From Monocercomonoides exilis PA203 (lineage: Eukaryota; Protista; Preaxostyla), in the NCBI GenBank assembly GCA_001643675.2, contig LSRY02000024.1, positions 930,001-994,000 on the forward strand: a stretch of DNA of 64,000 nt, written 5' to 3'. The stretch's first letter is position 1, and each line of letters opens with the position of its first letter. This document shows, in pieces, positions 40,907-53,359 of this stretch. Made by a program: the position numbers and the translations under genes. The notes beneath the pieces are model-generated. The model was not told the origin of the DNA, searched no databases, and was given only the letters and a program-made list of their open reading frames with translations.

Positions 40907-43898
40907 TTATTGAGATGTATTCGACTGAGATAAAAGAGCTTCTTGAGACTGAGACGGAAGAGGCAATGAACTTGAGGTGGAAGGTGCAGGTGATTGACTG
41001 CTGGCTGAGGAAGAGGAAGAAGAAGGTGCAATTGGCTGAGGTGGAGTTGCCATTGGAGAATTAGAAAAGGAAGAAGAACGCAGAGCAGAGGGCGAATGGG
41101 AAGGAGATGGTGTTGATAAAGTTGGGGTGAATGATGGAGAGAAAAGCTGCGCAGGCGAAGGAGAAGGCGTCGAAGATGGAAGAATATGAGCATTCATTGA
41201 ACCAGCTGCCTCAGATGCTTCAGAACCTATCTGATAACGAAGATTCTCAACATCTTTTCTCCTTTCGCCTTCAGCAGATTTCTCGTTTTCCTTCTGTTTT
41301 TCCCTTCCTCTCCCGCTGAACCATCCAAACGGATATCGACTTGCACTGCTTTCTTTCTTCTCTTTCTCATTTTCCCCTCTGTTTGTTGGAGTAGCTTTTG
41401 CCTCGCTTTCCCTCGATCCTTTTGGTGTGTGAAGTGCCGATTCGCTTCCCTTTCTCTTCATTGGCGATGGGCTTGACCCACCGAATTCGCTCCTCTCGCC
41501 GTATTCTCCCCTCTCTCTGCCTGTCCCCTGCCTCAGATCCACCAGCCCCACCATCGCCTTCTGCTCCTCCGTCCACCCGAGTATCCTCGACATCAGCACC
41601 AGCGTGTCGCGCGGAGCAGGCTTCAGGAAGTAGCTGAGAATGAGCGAGTTCACAACAGCCTTGTCCACTTTCTCTGCGGACTCTTCTTCATCCAGCTTGA
41701 TCGCCGCCCGCTGCAGCGCCTGCTCCATCGCCTTGCACTTCTCTGTCATCTCTGCCAGGCGCTGCTCCTGGTTGATTAGATTCGCCACGAGCGACTCCTG
41801 CCTCTGCAGCTGTGCAGTGACCGTGCGTATCTTGTCTTCCCTCTCTTTCAGCTGAATGAGCTGCTGCTGCTGCACATCGCGCAGCTCGCTCAGCTGGCTC
41901 ACCAGCCGCGTCTTCTCCAGCTGGAACTTCTCTTCCTCTTCCTTTCGCGTGCTGATCACAAGCTGCTGCAGGGTGGTGTTTGTCTTGCTCACATCCTCCA
42001 GCTCCTTCTGCATCTCCTCTTCTTTCTCTCCTCGCTTGCACAGCTCCTCCTTCAGCGCTTCACATTCATCTGCTTTTTCATTCAGCGAAGACTGAAGACG
42101 CTCTGCTTCTTTCTCTCTTTGAGAAAGAACGGTTTCTTGTGTCTCTGTTTGGAGATTGGCTGCCCGCAGCTCATCTTTCAAACTTCTGATGTGCTCATTC
42201 GATGATAAGAGGGAAGACTCTAAAACAGCAATCTAATTAGAAATAAGTGAAATTGTATATTTATTGAAGAGAAACACAAAGAAAATAAAAGTCAAATGCA
42301 TAATTGAAATTATTCAAAGAAAAAATTTTTATCAATATTCAAAAGTGTGAAAAAAGATAAATTTGTTAACCTTTTTCATTCATACCTTTTTTGTGGAAGA
42401 CTCTTCCTTCTTCTTCATCTCAGCCACAACTGCCTTAACCTTTGATATTTCCTCTTCTCTTTTTTCATTTCTTTTCTTTAATTCATCTTCCATTTCTTTG
42501 ATTCTCTTCTTCCCGTTCTCAGAATCTTCTCTGAACTGTTGCAGAAGTAGTTGTGACGATTGCTTCGATTGTTTAACAGCAGCAAGCGCATCCTGCTTTG
42601 ACTGAAGCAGTGTGTTGAATGCAGACGGCCAAAGAGCCGAAAACACAGCAAAAGAAGAAGCAAGCGAATTCAGAGGGATCTCTGGAAGCGCTTCTAAATT
42701 CTGAGTCGAAGTGTTAGAAGATATTGAATCAGTTGAGTTTGGAGTCGGAGAAGCAATCGAACTATCAGATTTTGAATCAGAAGTTGAAGGAGTGGATGAA
42801 TTAGATTTTTGGTTTTCAATTACTAAAGATATACTTTTCTTTTGATATTCTGGGAGGATTGCAAGTGAATGAAGAGATTTTTGATCTGCTTCATTCAGTT
42901 CTCCACATTTTTCATTCAACATAGCAATCCAGTCACAAATTGTATTTTGTATAGAATTTTTAACATCCTTTAATAATTGCTGTTCTTTATTTAGTTCAAT
43001 TTTATTCTTTTTGCTCTGAGAAATATTATTTAAACTTGGTTTATTTGCTTCGCTTGATGTAGCCGGTTCATCAACGTCGGATGATGTATTTTCATTTGAA
43101 CAAGAGTCATTTGAATTGTTTGGAATCATTTCATTTGGTTTGCTTTCATCATCTTCATTTGGAGCGTCTGAAGAATCCTGATAATCACTATCATCACATT
43201 TTTGAATAGTATCAGTAGGTTTTTCGTCCGTCTGTATACCTTCATCAAATGTCGTCAAAACTGCATGAGAGTAACCTTGATGCGTATCTGGTATAGCGGT
43301 ATCTTCTGTTTGTGTTGTAACATCACTACTTAAACAAATTTCCTTCTGTTTTTCTTCTTGAGCTGGAAAATCAGTCTGTGAAGCAGTATCTTCAAAAATG
43401 CTTGAAAGTTTTCCGTCTTTGCTTTCAAATTTTGCAAGAAGCTCAACGTTTTGCTTTTCAACTTGAGTTAGTTGATGTTGAAGCGCAACAAGTTTAGAAT
43501 ATTGTTCTTTGAAGTTTTTTCCAAGCCGTTCATGCTTTCCAGCAAGAACTGAATATTGTTCATCTTTAAGTTTAGAAGAGCTCTGCAATGATAAAAATTC
43601 TGCTTCCTTTTCTGCCATGAACTTTCCAAGCTAAAAAAAAAAAAGAAAAAACAATTGTTTTATTGAAAAATTTCGTAAGTAATAAAAATTGTTCAAATAC
43701 TTTTTCATTCAAAGTTGCGTTTGTCTTTTTTAATTCAATATTTTCGCGAATCATATTTTTTATAAGTCTCTCCTCTTCATCATCATCTTCGTCTTGTTCT
43801 TCATAGTTATCCCTCTTTCCTCCATCATTTTTTGTCACATTTTGAGCTATTGTTCCAATTCCTTTTCCTATTGAACCAATTTTCTCCCACATTGACAT
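40907..43898 (-). CDS. Coiled-coil golgin with GRAB domain (GMAP-210/Rud3-like), ~922 aa; exons 43898-43701, 43630-42386, 42232-40907
   Basis: GT-AG introns 43631-43700 and 42233-42385 join three ORFs in frame. Long heptad-rich region followed by VDKAVVNSLILSYF..RDTLVLMSRILGWTEEQKAMVGL, the GRAB pattern. Confidence 0.8.
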
Positions 43899-44002
43899 AT
43901 GTGAGCCCAAACACAAAAAGTGTGTTTGAAATAATAAATAGTGGTACTTGATCAAGTTTCAAAGCTAATAAAACGGTTTGGAGGGAAATTATAAATTTGA
44001 TA
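43899..44002. promoter_or_regulatory. Putative bidirectional promoter (104 bp between divergent ATGs)
   Basis: Golgin ATG at 43898 (-) and HMG gene ATG at 44003 (+). Inferred from geometry only. Confidence 0.45.
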
Positions 44003-45196
44003 ATGACAACGGTTTGCATATTATTTTATTTTAATGCAATTACAAAAAACAATAAGAGGTCAACAAAGACTCATTTGCCGAAAGATCCTCAAGCTCCAAA
44101 ACGTCCAAGTCCAAGTTTTTTATTGTTTGTTCAGCAGAAAAAAGATGAGATCTATCAAGATATTTTGCAAGAAAAAAGGAGGAATATGGAAGAAGCTGAA
44201 AGAGATGAAGAAAAGAAACGAGAAATAGAATTAATAATTCAGACAAAATCCCACAGACCAAGAGAAAAGAAAGAAAGAATAATTAAGAGTATTGAATTTC
44301 CTACGCAAAAAGAGGTTTTAAGAAAACTGGGAGAAATGTGGAGGATAATGAGCGCTGAAGAAAAGAAACCATATGTTGATGAAAACAGAGAATTAATGAA
44401 AAACTATCAACTTCTAAAGAAAGAATATGAAAATTCAGGTAGAAAAGCTGCATGGAAAGAACATCTTAAACAATTTGAAAAGCAGATTCCAGATCCGCAA
44501 CCAAAAAAGCCAGTTTGAATTTTAATAGAATAATTCAAAATTAATAATTTTTTATCATAATTTTTGATTTGCAACTAATGCAACAAGATACCCTCACGTA
44601 TGGTGATTACGCGAGCAATAATTTCATTTTTGAACGAAGTATTCATTTATTGGTTTTTTAAAAATTACTTTTAATTCATTTTTTTAAAGCAACCAGACAT
44701 TCAACAAATCAGCCTGAAGCTTGTACGAAAGCGTTTGGAGGAAAAATTTGAGGTGTCATTAGCATCAAAGAAAGATTTAATTGAGGAAACAGTTAAAATG
44801 CTTGGTGGATATTTGGCAGGTTCTGGAGAGGAAATTGCTGACAAGACGAAATCCTCGAAAAAGCCACAAAATATAAATCGAAAAAGTTTGAGCATTTTAA
44901 AAGAAAGCAAAGGATTAAAAATGAAAGAGGAGGAGGAAGAAATGGAAAAGGAACTTGCTTACGAAGATGAACGAGAAGAAGAGGAAGAAGAAGAAAGCAG
45001 AGCATTTGAAAACAGTAAAAAAGAGAGTTATGATGATGAAGCGTGGTCTGATGACGAAGAAGACGACGATGTTGTTCAAGATCCTGTTATTCTCTATGAG
45101 CACCCACAGTTCGATGAAGAGGACGATGAGGAAATGCACGAATTCCTTAAAGCGGAATGGAAGGCATATTCTTCAAAGAAGCAGTCACATTCTTGA
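44003..45196 (+). CDS. HMG-box + DEK-C domain chromatin protein with acidic tail, ~340 aa; exons 44003-44011, 44057-44512, 44588-44638, 44690-45196
   Basis: HMG box KDPQAPKRPSPSFLLF..KEVLRKLGEMWRIMSAEEKKPY. Spliced IPSRMVITRAIISFLNEQPDIQQISLKLVRKRLEEKFEVSLASKKDLIEETV fits the DEK_C pattern. All introns GT-AG and frame-consistent. Confidence 0.8.
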
Positions 45197-48100
45197 GCAA
45201 CAGTGATGTTACTGATGTTATTTGAATGTATTGATAAATGTTATTATAAGATGGCAATTTATTTCGCACAGAAGATAGAAGCATGGGTGCATAACCTTTG
45301 AAGCATAAATGCGAGGAAGATGCTGTTTTCTATGTGGATCCAGTGAAAACTCATTTTTTAAACAATAAATGCAATATTTTTTATTCTGTGGAAATTCAAA
45401 TGCTGAAGAGCATTAAATGTTATTTTTTCATTTGTTGATTTTGCAGAGATTCGTTTTCCTGCATTAACATCTATTTTTATTTTCTATTCTTTTATTTATG
45501 TATATATTTTTATTAAAAAAAGAAAAAGAAAATTTTATCCCCGATAAACTATTAGTTGTTGGATTGAAATAAAAACAAGCAAAAACTTCGGTGTTTAAAA
45601 ACCGTTAGAAACAGAATCGAACATCAAAAACGCAAAATCAAAAAAACTTCAATCATTTTTCAATAAAAGACGAATAACTCAAATAAGTCCTTCAAAAAGC
45701 TTAAATAAAAATTTGTAAACAAATGCTTTGAATGTTTAAAATAAAAAGTTCAGCAAAAAGCAGAAGCAAACAAAAAATATGAGAAATAAAGTTCAAAAAG
45801 AAAATATTCGTATGAGCTTTGGTGGAATGACTAAGATCGTAATGCGAGAAAGTATAATAAACGAAATGGAATAGTTCTGAAAGCAATTAACTTATTCGTA
45901 AAAATATCAAGCACATTATGTTAACAGAAATAAAAATAAGAATAAAAAGAAAGAGAGAAAGAGAGAGAAAGAGAAAGAGAGAAAGAAAGAAGAGAAAAAG
46001 AAAGAAAAACAAACAAAATAAACGCAAAGCATCAACATGTGAGGTACATTAAATACTCGGCTTTGTAGTGTATCGTTTTTCACAAAAAGCGACAAAAGCA
46101 ATCAAACAGAGGAATAATTGTAAGGATGAAGAACGAAAGCAAGCTGTGAAATCTGAAAGTTATGTGGATGAAAATAAATCGTATTTTTCCAAAAAAAATA
46201 AACAAAAAATTTATTTACAAATCGAATAATTGATTTGAACGGAAAAAATTGTTAATTCTTTGAGAAAACAAAACAAGAAAACAACTTTTGCATAACATTC
46301 AGAAAGAAATGTTAACCTTCTCACTTTTTTTCAAAGCACACGTAAGTTCTCTTTTCAAATTGAAAAACCTTCTTATCTGAACTTCAGGCAAAATAAAGAT
46401 TAGAAAACATCAGAAGATAAAATAAAGCAGAAAAAAAAGAGACAGAACGTAGAAAAACATGCATTCTGAAGAAACACAGAAATATATTTCCAATGAATTT
46501 TGGTATCGCACTTCATGTTAACAGATGAATGATTGTATTGACTGACAACTGTGAGCATATGAAAGCAAGACAAAACGAAACGCTGGACATAAAACATAAC
46601 TGATCTCTCTTGAATGCATATAAAGAATTATCAGATAAAAATTGAATAAGAGGCTGAAAACAAAAAGATAATTCCTTGGAGAAAAAAAGGTGAATAGTGC
46701 AAAAAGAAAATTTTTGATGAGCAAAAATAAAACTGGGAATAATGAAAACAGAAACTGATTGATTGTTAAAGAATTATGAGAAGATAAGAGCAAAGCAGTA
46801 ACACTCAGAAAAAGAAGCAAATAAAACATATGAAAAAATAACTTATTTTTTTTTATCTTTTGGCAACAATAAAAGCAGCTATGAACGAACCAAGTGAGCA
46901 CAACTAAACGCAAGCAAAGCACATACTTGCACAAAAAATGCGTCATGTGAGCAAAATGGAAATGATCAATCAAAAGAGATATGATTGTGATAACGCAACG
47001 ATCTTGAAGAACTGATTAGCAGAAAATAAATACAACTTGGCCGTTATGAGAATATGCACGAATGGTAAAATAAAAGTCACACAGCAGAAATAAACCATGG
47101 AAAACAAGGAAAACAAGAATGAACGATTGAATGAATGAATAACAGAAGATCAAAAAGAATTTAATTAAAAAGAAAAGAAAAAGAAAGAAAGTTAAAGAAA
47201 AATAAATACAGACAAAACGCCAAATAAAATTTAAAAAAAGTGCTTTATGAAAAAATAAACTAAAAAATAACTTCTTTTTTCAAAAGCACAAATATTTCCC
47301 TACACTTTGCAATTTACAGATAAGAACAAAAGAAACAGGCATAACCATCGTTAATGCATCGAACTCAACAAGAAAAATAAAAAATTATTAAATAAAAAAA
47401 CGAAATAAAATCTTCCGTTTACAAAAAATTCTTTTTTTCCAATAATGTTTGAAATCATTCAAAATCATTTCAACGTCCTTTCCTATCGTCCCATCTCCTT
47501 TTTCTGCAATTCTTTATAAATAATCACTTTTAATCCAACACTTCATCACAATTAAATACGACAGAATCCACATAACACACAAAAATGCATAAAGAAAATT
47601 CTAAGCTTCAACAGAATAACAAGCAACACTTAAATAAATACTCCTTCTTTGAAACCATCGAGCAATAAATCAAATAAAAGCAGAAAGAAGATGAAGAAAA
47701 CTTATAAAGAAAAAAATTTTTAACAGTCTTCAGATAAACATCAAACACAACTTTTCGACTGATGTTCATAAAACAATATGAAAGAAAATAAACATAAGAA
47801 CATAAGAACATTAGAGAAAGCAAGCAAACAAACGAATAACCTAACCAACTTAAAGACACAGGAAATGAGCATACTCACAGAAAGAAGACAGAAAAATATC
47901 TCGAAATTGTGCAAGTTAAAAAGGAAAAATTTACCTGAACAACATTCAGATGCAAAAAAGACTTGATCAAAATATCAAATAAAATGCTATCTCTTCACAT
48001 AACTTAAAGAAATAATGTTCAGCAAAAAGCTAATTATTAAGAAGGAAATAGAAAGAGAATGAAGAGAAAGAGAAATAATCTCCTTCACCATCGTCTTCTA

Positions 48101-48491
48101 TAGCATCTTCTTCTTCTTCTTCTTCTTCTTCTTTAAGAACCATGAGATTATTCCTCAACACATCAAGACAGCATTTTGATTGCACTTCTGCAACAAAGAT
48201 GAATTGCATTATCATCTTTGATAATCACTCATTAATAACCATAAGGAACAATTTCTGCATTGATCGTAAAAATCTCAAAGATCAAAAGCCTTTCTCTTAT
48301 TTTGCTCAAAAAACATCATCTAAAATACTGTCTGTGATTGGTAAATCTTTGAAATATTGTTTGTTTGGTAACTGGCTTGAATCATTTCATTTATGAGCAT
48401 CTATTTTCACTAACATAATCTCTTTCAATTAAACATGTTTTTTCCGATGTTATAAATACATTTTTTGCAACTAATTTTTAATCCAATCATT

Positions 48492-51400
48492 TCAAGAAGT
48501 CTTCTTCTTCTTCTTCCCCCTCTTCCTCTCATTCGTCTTCTCCTTCTTCTCCTTCTCCTTCTCCCCCTCTATTTTCTTCATCCACTTCCTCCTCTGCTTC
48601 CTCTCCATCGGACCCAGATCCATCAGATTCATCGTCTGGTTGAATGTCTCCAAAGAAGCAGCATGCAGAAACGTGTTCAATGAAGGATAACACAAACGAT
48701 TTTGACTCTCTCCAAAAATCCCTTCTTCTTCTGCATCTGCCATTTGATATGCACTGTTTGAAAGGGGATTGGAAGGAATACTGCTGATTAATGAGCTGTT
48801 GATGGTGTTGGCAATATTTGTTTTGGAATTTGTATTGGAATTGATGCAGTTAGTAATATTTGAATGAGGATTGTAGAAGCGATCGTTGGGGAAGAGCATA
48901 CAGAAAGAGTTGCATGAAGAGGAAGGAAATGATGATGATGATGATGAGAAAGAGGAAGAGGAAGAGGAAGAAGAAGAAGAGAATGGGAAAGAAGAAGAAG
49001 AGGTGGTGGAATAAGAAATAGGAGAAGAAGAAACAGGAGGAGTGGAAGGACAGGAATGAGAAGGAGAAGAAACGCAACTGGAATTTGAATTGAAGGAAAA
49101 AGAAGAAGCATCAGGAGAGGCAGTCAAAGAAGAAGGGGTGGAAGATAACACAGAAGTGTCTGTTATTGAAGAATGAGGATGAGACAGAGAATGAGACAGA
49201 GAATGAGAAAGTAAATGAGTCGAGGCAAAGGGAGAGGAAGCAGCAGAACAGCAATCACTTGATGTATTTCCTTTCTCAAATGAAGAAAATGAGATGTTGG
49301 CACTCGAAAAATGTGCTGGTGGCGAAGGAGATTCAGATGAACTTGTTGAAACAGAAGCAGAAGCAGAAGCAGCAGAAGAGGAAGGAGAGGAATAAGCAGA
49401 GGAGGAATAAGTAGATGAAGAGGAAGAAGATGAAGCAGAAGAATTTGACTGATTTTGATAATATGGATTGGGACATGTAAGATTGGCAATATGATTGTGA
49501 TGGTTATTTGCTGAGCGCTGGCGATGAAGACGATGTTTGTGATATTTATGACATTCACTGCATTCACTGCATTCATAACATTCATGATATTTATTACGAA
49601 GATGAGCAGAATAATCAGTCTGATTCATCTGCTGTGACAGTCCATGTGGATGATGGACACAAAGAGTGCTTCTTCTCCTCCTCCTCCTTCGACAGCTTCT
49701 GCCACAAAATGAGTGATAGTTGTGTCTGTCACTTTTTGAATGAGAATGATAGCGATTTCGTCGATGATTACGACTATGGCCGTGATGATGAGCATGATGA
49801 TGACAGGAGTGAGAAAGTGATTGGTGATTTTGAAGATTGCTGGCTTTGTGATCGGAATGTTCTGTGATATGTTCTGTAAGATGATCTGTGGAGTGTACGT
49901 GTTGTCTGTTTAGTTTGTGTGGCTGAGCAAAAAGTGTGTCTGATTCATTTGATGGATTAGTAGTTGTTGTTATTGATGATGATGATGATGAAATTGAAGA
50001 AGAATTTGAAGTAGAAGAAGACATAGTGGCTAATGTTGTGACTGGTGAAGCAAATGCAGTTTCAGTGTTGTGATGAAGGGAAGAACACTCAGATGATGGA
50101 ATATTTGTGAGTGAAGGAGTAATGTTAGATGAAGAAGAGGAAGAAGAAGAGGAAGAAGAGGAAGAGGAAGAAGAAGGTGATGTGAAAGAAGAAGAAGAAG
50201 AAACTGTATTTGTATTTGTATGAATGAATGTTTCAGTATCTGTGGATGAAGGAATTGCAGTGGATGTACAAATGTCTGTGTATGAATGTTGTGATGTGTT
50301 GGAAATTGAAGAAGGAGAAGGAGAAGATGAGGAAGATGAGTAAGAAGAAGCAAAAGACTGCAAAGTATGTGGAGCTGATTCAACAGTGCTTTTGATGTTC
50401 TCCTTTGGTGGTTGTGCAAATGTTGAAGAAGATGAATCCAAAATAGAAGAAAGTAACTGGTGTGAATAAGGCAGAACAGAAGATGATGAAATAGCTGAAG
50501 ATGAAGAGATTGCTTCCATTTTTGCTCCAAGATTGATATTTGTGTGTTTGACTTCATCTTCTTTTGCTTCTTCAATTGTTCCATTTGCCTTCTTCACTTC
50601 TTTTCCTTCTCCTTCTCCTTCTCCTTCTACCCGGCTTCCTCCATTTTCTCCTTCTTCCTGCTCCTCCAACGTTTCATAATGCAGCCGAAGCTGATGTTTC
50701 GGCAAACTCACTTCCATTTCATTCCCTTCATCCCCTTCAATCACTTCATTCAATGGAGAATTCATCTTGCTCAGTGGAGAAAAAGCAGTTGATGAAGCAG
50801 GAGATAAGCTCAATGCATGCACAATGGATTCTCTATTATCTTCATTATTATCATTATTATTATTTCTGTCATCGATGCTTCTTTTTAGTGCAAGCTCTGC
50901 CTGCTCCAGCTGCTTGTTCATTTGGTCGCTGGATTCCCAGAGGAATTTGGGAGTCACCCGAAGCATCAGCACACGGCTTGGATGGGGTGGGAAGGCATAC
51001 ATTGGAGGGCCAATGAAGTGACTGTCTGGTGACTGAGAGAGAGGAAGAAAATTTTGGAATGAGGAGGAGGAAGAAGAAGAAGAAGAAGAAGAAGAAGAAG
51101 AAGCAAGTTGAGAACAGATCTTGGTGAAGGAGTTGCTTCTTCTGCGACAATGTTTGGAATGAGAGCATCTGCAGTGGCATTTGTGGAGATGGCGATGGCT
51201 GTGTTTGTGTTGAGGATGAAGATGATGATGATTGGCATGAACACGAGAAAGAGAATGAGAAAGAGAATGTGAATGAACATAATCATTCTTGTGCTCATTC
51301 ATCGTGCTCATCATCATCATCTGCTGTGGAAGAACATTCTCCTCATCTGTCACAATGCTGTGTGAAGTGCAGGGAAATGAATGAGATCTCGTCTGATGAT

Positions 51401-53211
51401 ACAGATGTGTCTGTGTCTGTGTTTGCATTTGCGTTTGCGTTTGCGTGTGTGTTTGTGTTTGAATTGGCATCTGCATCTGCATTTGTGACTGCTTCTCTGT
51501 CTCTTTCTCTGTCTCTATCTCTTTCACCATTTGTTGCTCTATTTGTTTCTCTGTCTGTGTCTGTGAATCAGAGCTTGCTCTCAAATCTCCCTGTGAGTGT
51601 CTGCTCCATCGTGAACTCCTCCCTTTCTGTCTTCTCAGTCTCCGATGGACAAGACAGCACTGAGGTTCAAGTTGCGTTGCTGTTTGACTCATCTGCTGGC
51701 TAATTCCTTGTTTCTGAATGTTTTCTTCTTCTTCTCCTTCTTCTCTTTCTCCTTCTTTTTCTTTCGCTTTCACTTTCGCTTCTTCCTCAGCTTCTGCTTC
51801 AGCATTGAGCTCCTTCCACTGCAAAGCACACTTCAACACCTCAAATGTCTTCAGATATCTGCACATGTTGTCCATAATCTTATCCAGCTCTGCCTGCTCT
51901 TTCAACGCCTTTTGATCGAGCTGTGAGCGAGTCAGAAGAGACAGAGGAAAAGAAGGCTGAAGAGCGTGGGTGTATTGCTGGGGGCTGATGGGACTAGTGG
52001 GAGTGGAGGAAGGGATGGAGGGTGAGGTGACATTTGACTTGTCATTCGATGAAGGAGATGATGATGATGATGATGATGACTGAGAAAATTTCTCTTCAGT
52101 TTTTTCTGTTTCTTTTTGATCTTCTTTTTCCTGTTCTTCTTTAAAAAGAGTATCTTTGCTATTTTGTTCTGCCTTTTCGTTTCTGTCTTTTTCGCCTTTT
52201 ACTTCCATTTTATCAGAATCTTCCATATCATTCTCAGAAGTTAAATCATCTCTGTCTTTGTCAAGAAGTGCAAACAATTCATCTTCAATCCCTCCTTCGT
52301 CTCCAAAATCCTCTTTTTCGGCTAATCTCAGCCTGCTCACACCCAATCTGTACATCATCTCTTTCACTCGGTTAATCATTTCACAAAACAGCTTGATCTT
52401 CTCTTTTCGATCTGGAGCCTTCTTCAATCGATATTTCGATAGCATATCTCGAAGCCAGTAAAGTTCTATTTTCAACATATTTCGATGCACTTCGTTGGCA
52501 TATTCAACTATCATCAGATTTATTTGCATGCAATTGCAGTCAAATTCACCACAAAACACGCAGAATCGCATCGACCTTTTTCCAAACATGTAGTATTCAT
52601 AGTCGACTAGTTGACGTTTGAATGTTGGATTCATAGACAATCTAACGAAATTAAAATTTCGAAATAATTCGTAAAGAAAAATTGTGAATGCAGCATACCC
52701 ATTTCGCGCCTTTTCAACGTGCCTGTACGCTTTTCGCAAGGGCAAGTGATAGTAGTGCATCAGAAAAGCGATCACTATTGCAGGACTTCTGGACTTTCCA
52801 GCGTGACAATGAACTAAAATTCGTTCCTGATTTGCAATTGCTTCACGAAGATGAATAAATGCCGGCTGGAAGCACGCTGCTATGTTGGAAATAGATAAAT
52901 CCTCAACTTGAATAAATGTTACTGACTCTATGCATTCAGGAAAGCTCAGAGAAGGTTGTGTTCGCAACCTAACAATCCTTGTTATTGCATTCAATTGCAA
53001 GATTGTTTTTGAGTTTGCCGCGACCTAAAATAAAATGTATGACAATTCATATGGTAAAAAAGTATTTAACAATTTATATCACAGAATATTTACATTTTTG
53101 TAAAAAGATAAATACCTGATTTCCAAGGTAGATGTGCCTTGTGATTCTACTCAAATCAGGAATTTTATCGCGGTACTCTTTTTCGTATGGTATTTTCCCG
53201 CTTGAATACAT
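48492..53211 (-). CDS. Dual-specificity protein phosphatase with a very long low-complexity tail, ~1523 aa; exons 53211-53116, 53024-52699, 52641-48492
   Basis: SRITRHIYLGNQ|VAANSK..IQVEDLSISNI..ILVHCHAGKSRSPAIVIAFLM..MNPTFKRQL: an intact HCxxGxSRS P-loop. Introns 53025-53115 and 52642-52698. Confidence 0.88.
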
Positions 53212-53359
53212 GCGGAAAAGTACAAAACGACAACACTTCTAATTAGATCGTGCCCATTACTTATAAAGCTATAAAGAAATTTTGTTTCTGATGCTTTTAA
53301 CATTTCACAAAAAAAGTAAATAGCAAAACATAAAAAATTACAAATATATTAACAAAATT

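Noticed and set aside
45200-48460. 3.2 kb A-rich region with short hydrophobic minus-strand ORFs
   Set aside because: Low-complexity intergenic or UTR-like DNA. The ORFs are F/L-rich artefacts, and I could not support any repeat, RNA gene or TE.
7475-53211. CBM48 protein plus DSP as a split laforin/SEX4-like glucan phosphatase system
   Set aside because: The genes are 35 kb apart in a eukaryote, and the DSP looks like a generic atypical DSP. Nothing in the sequence links them.
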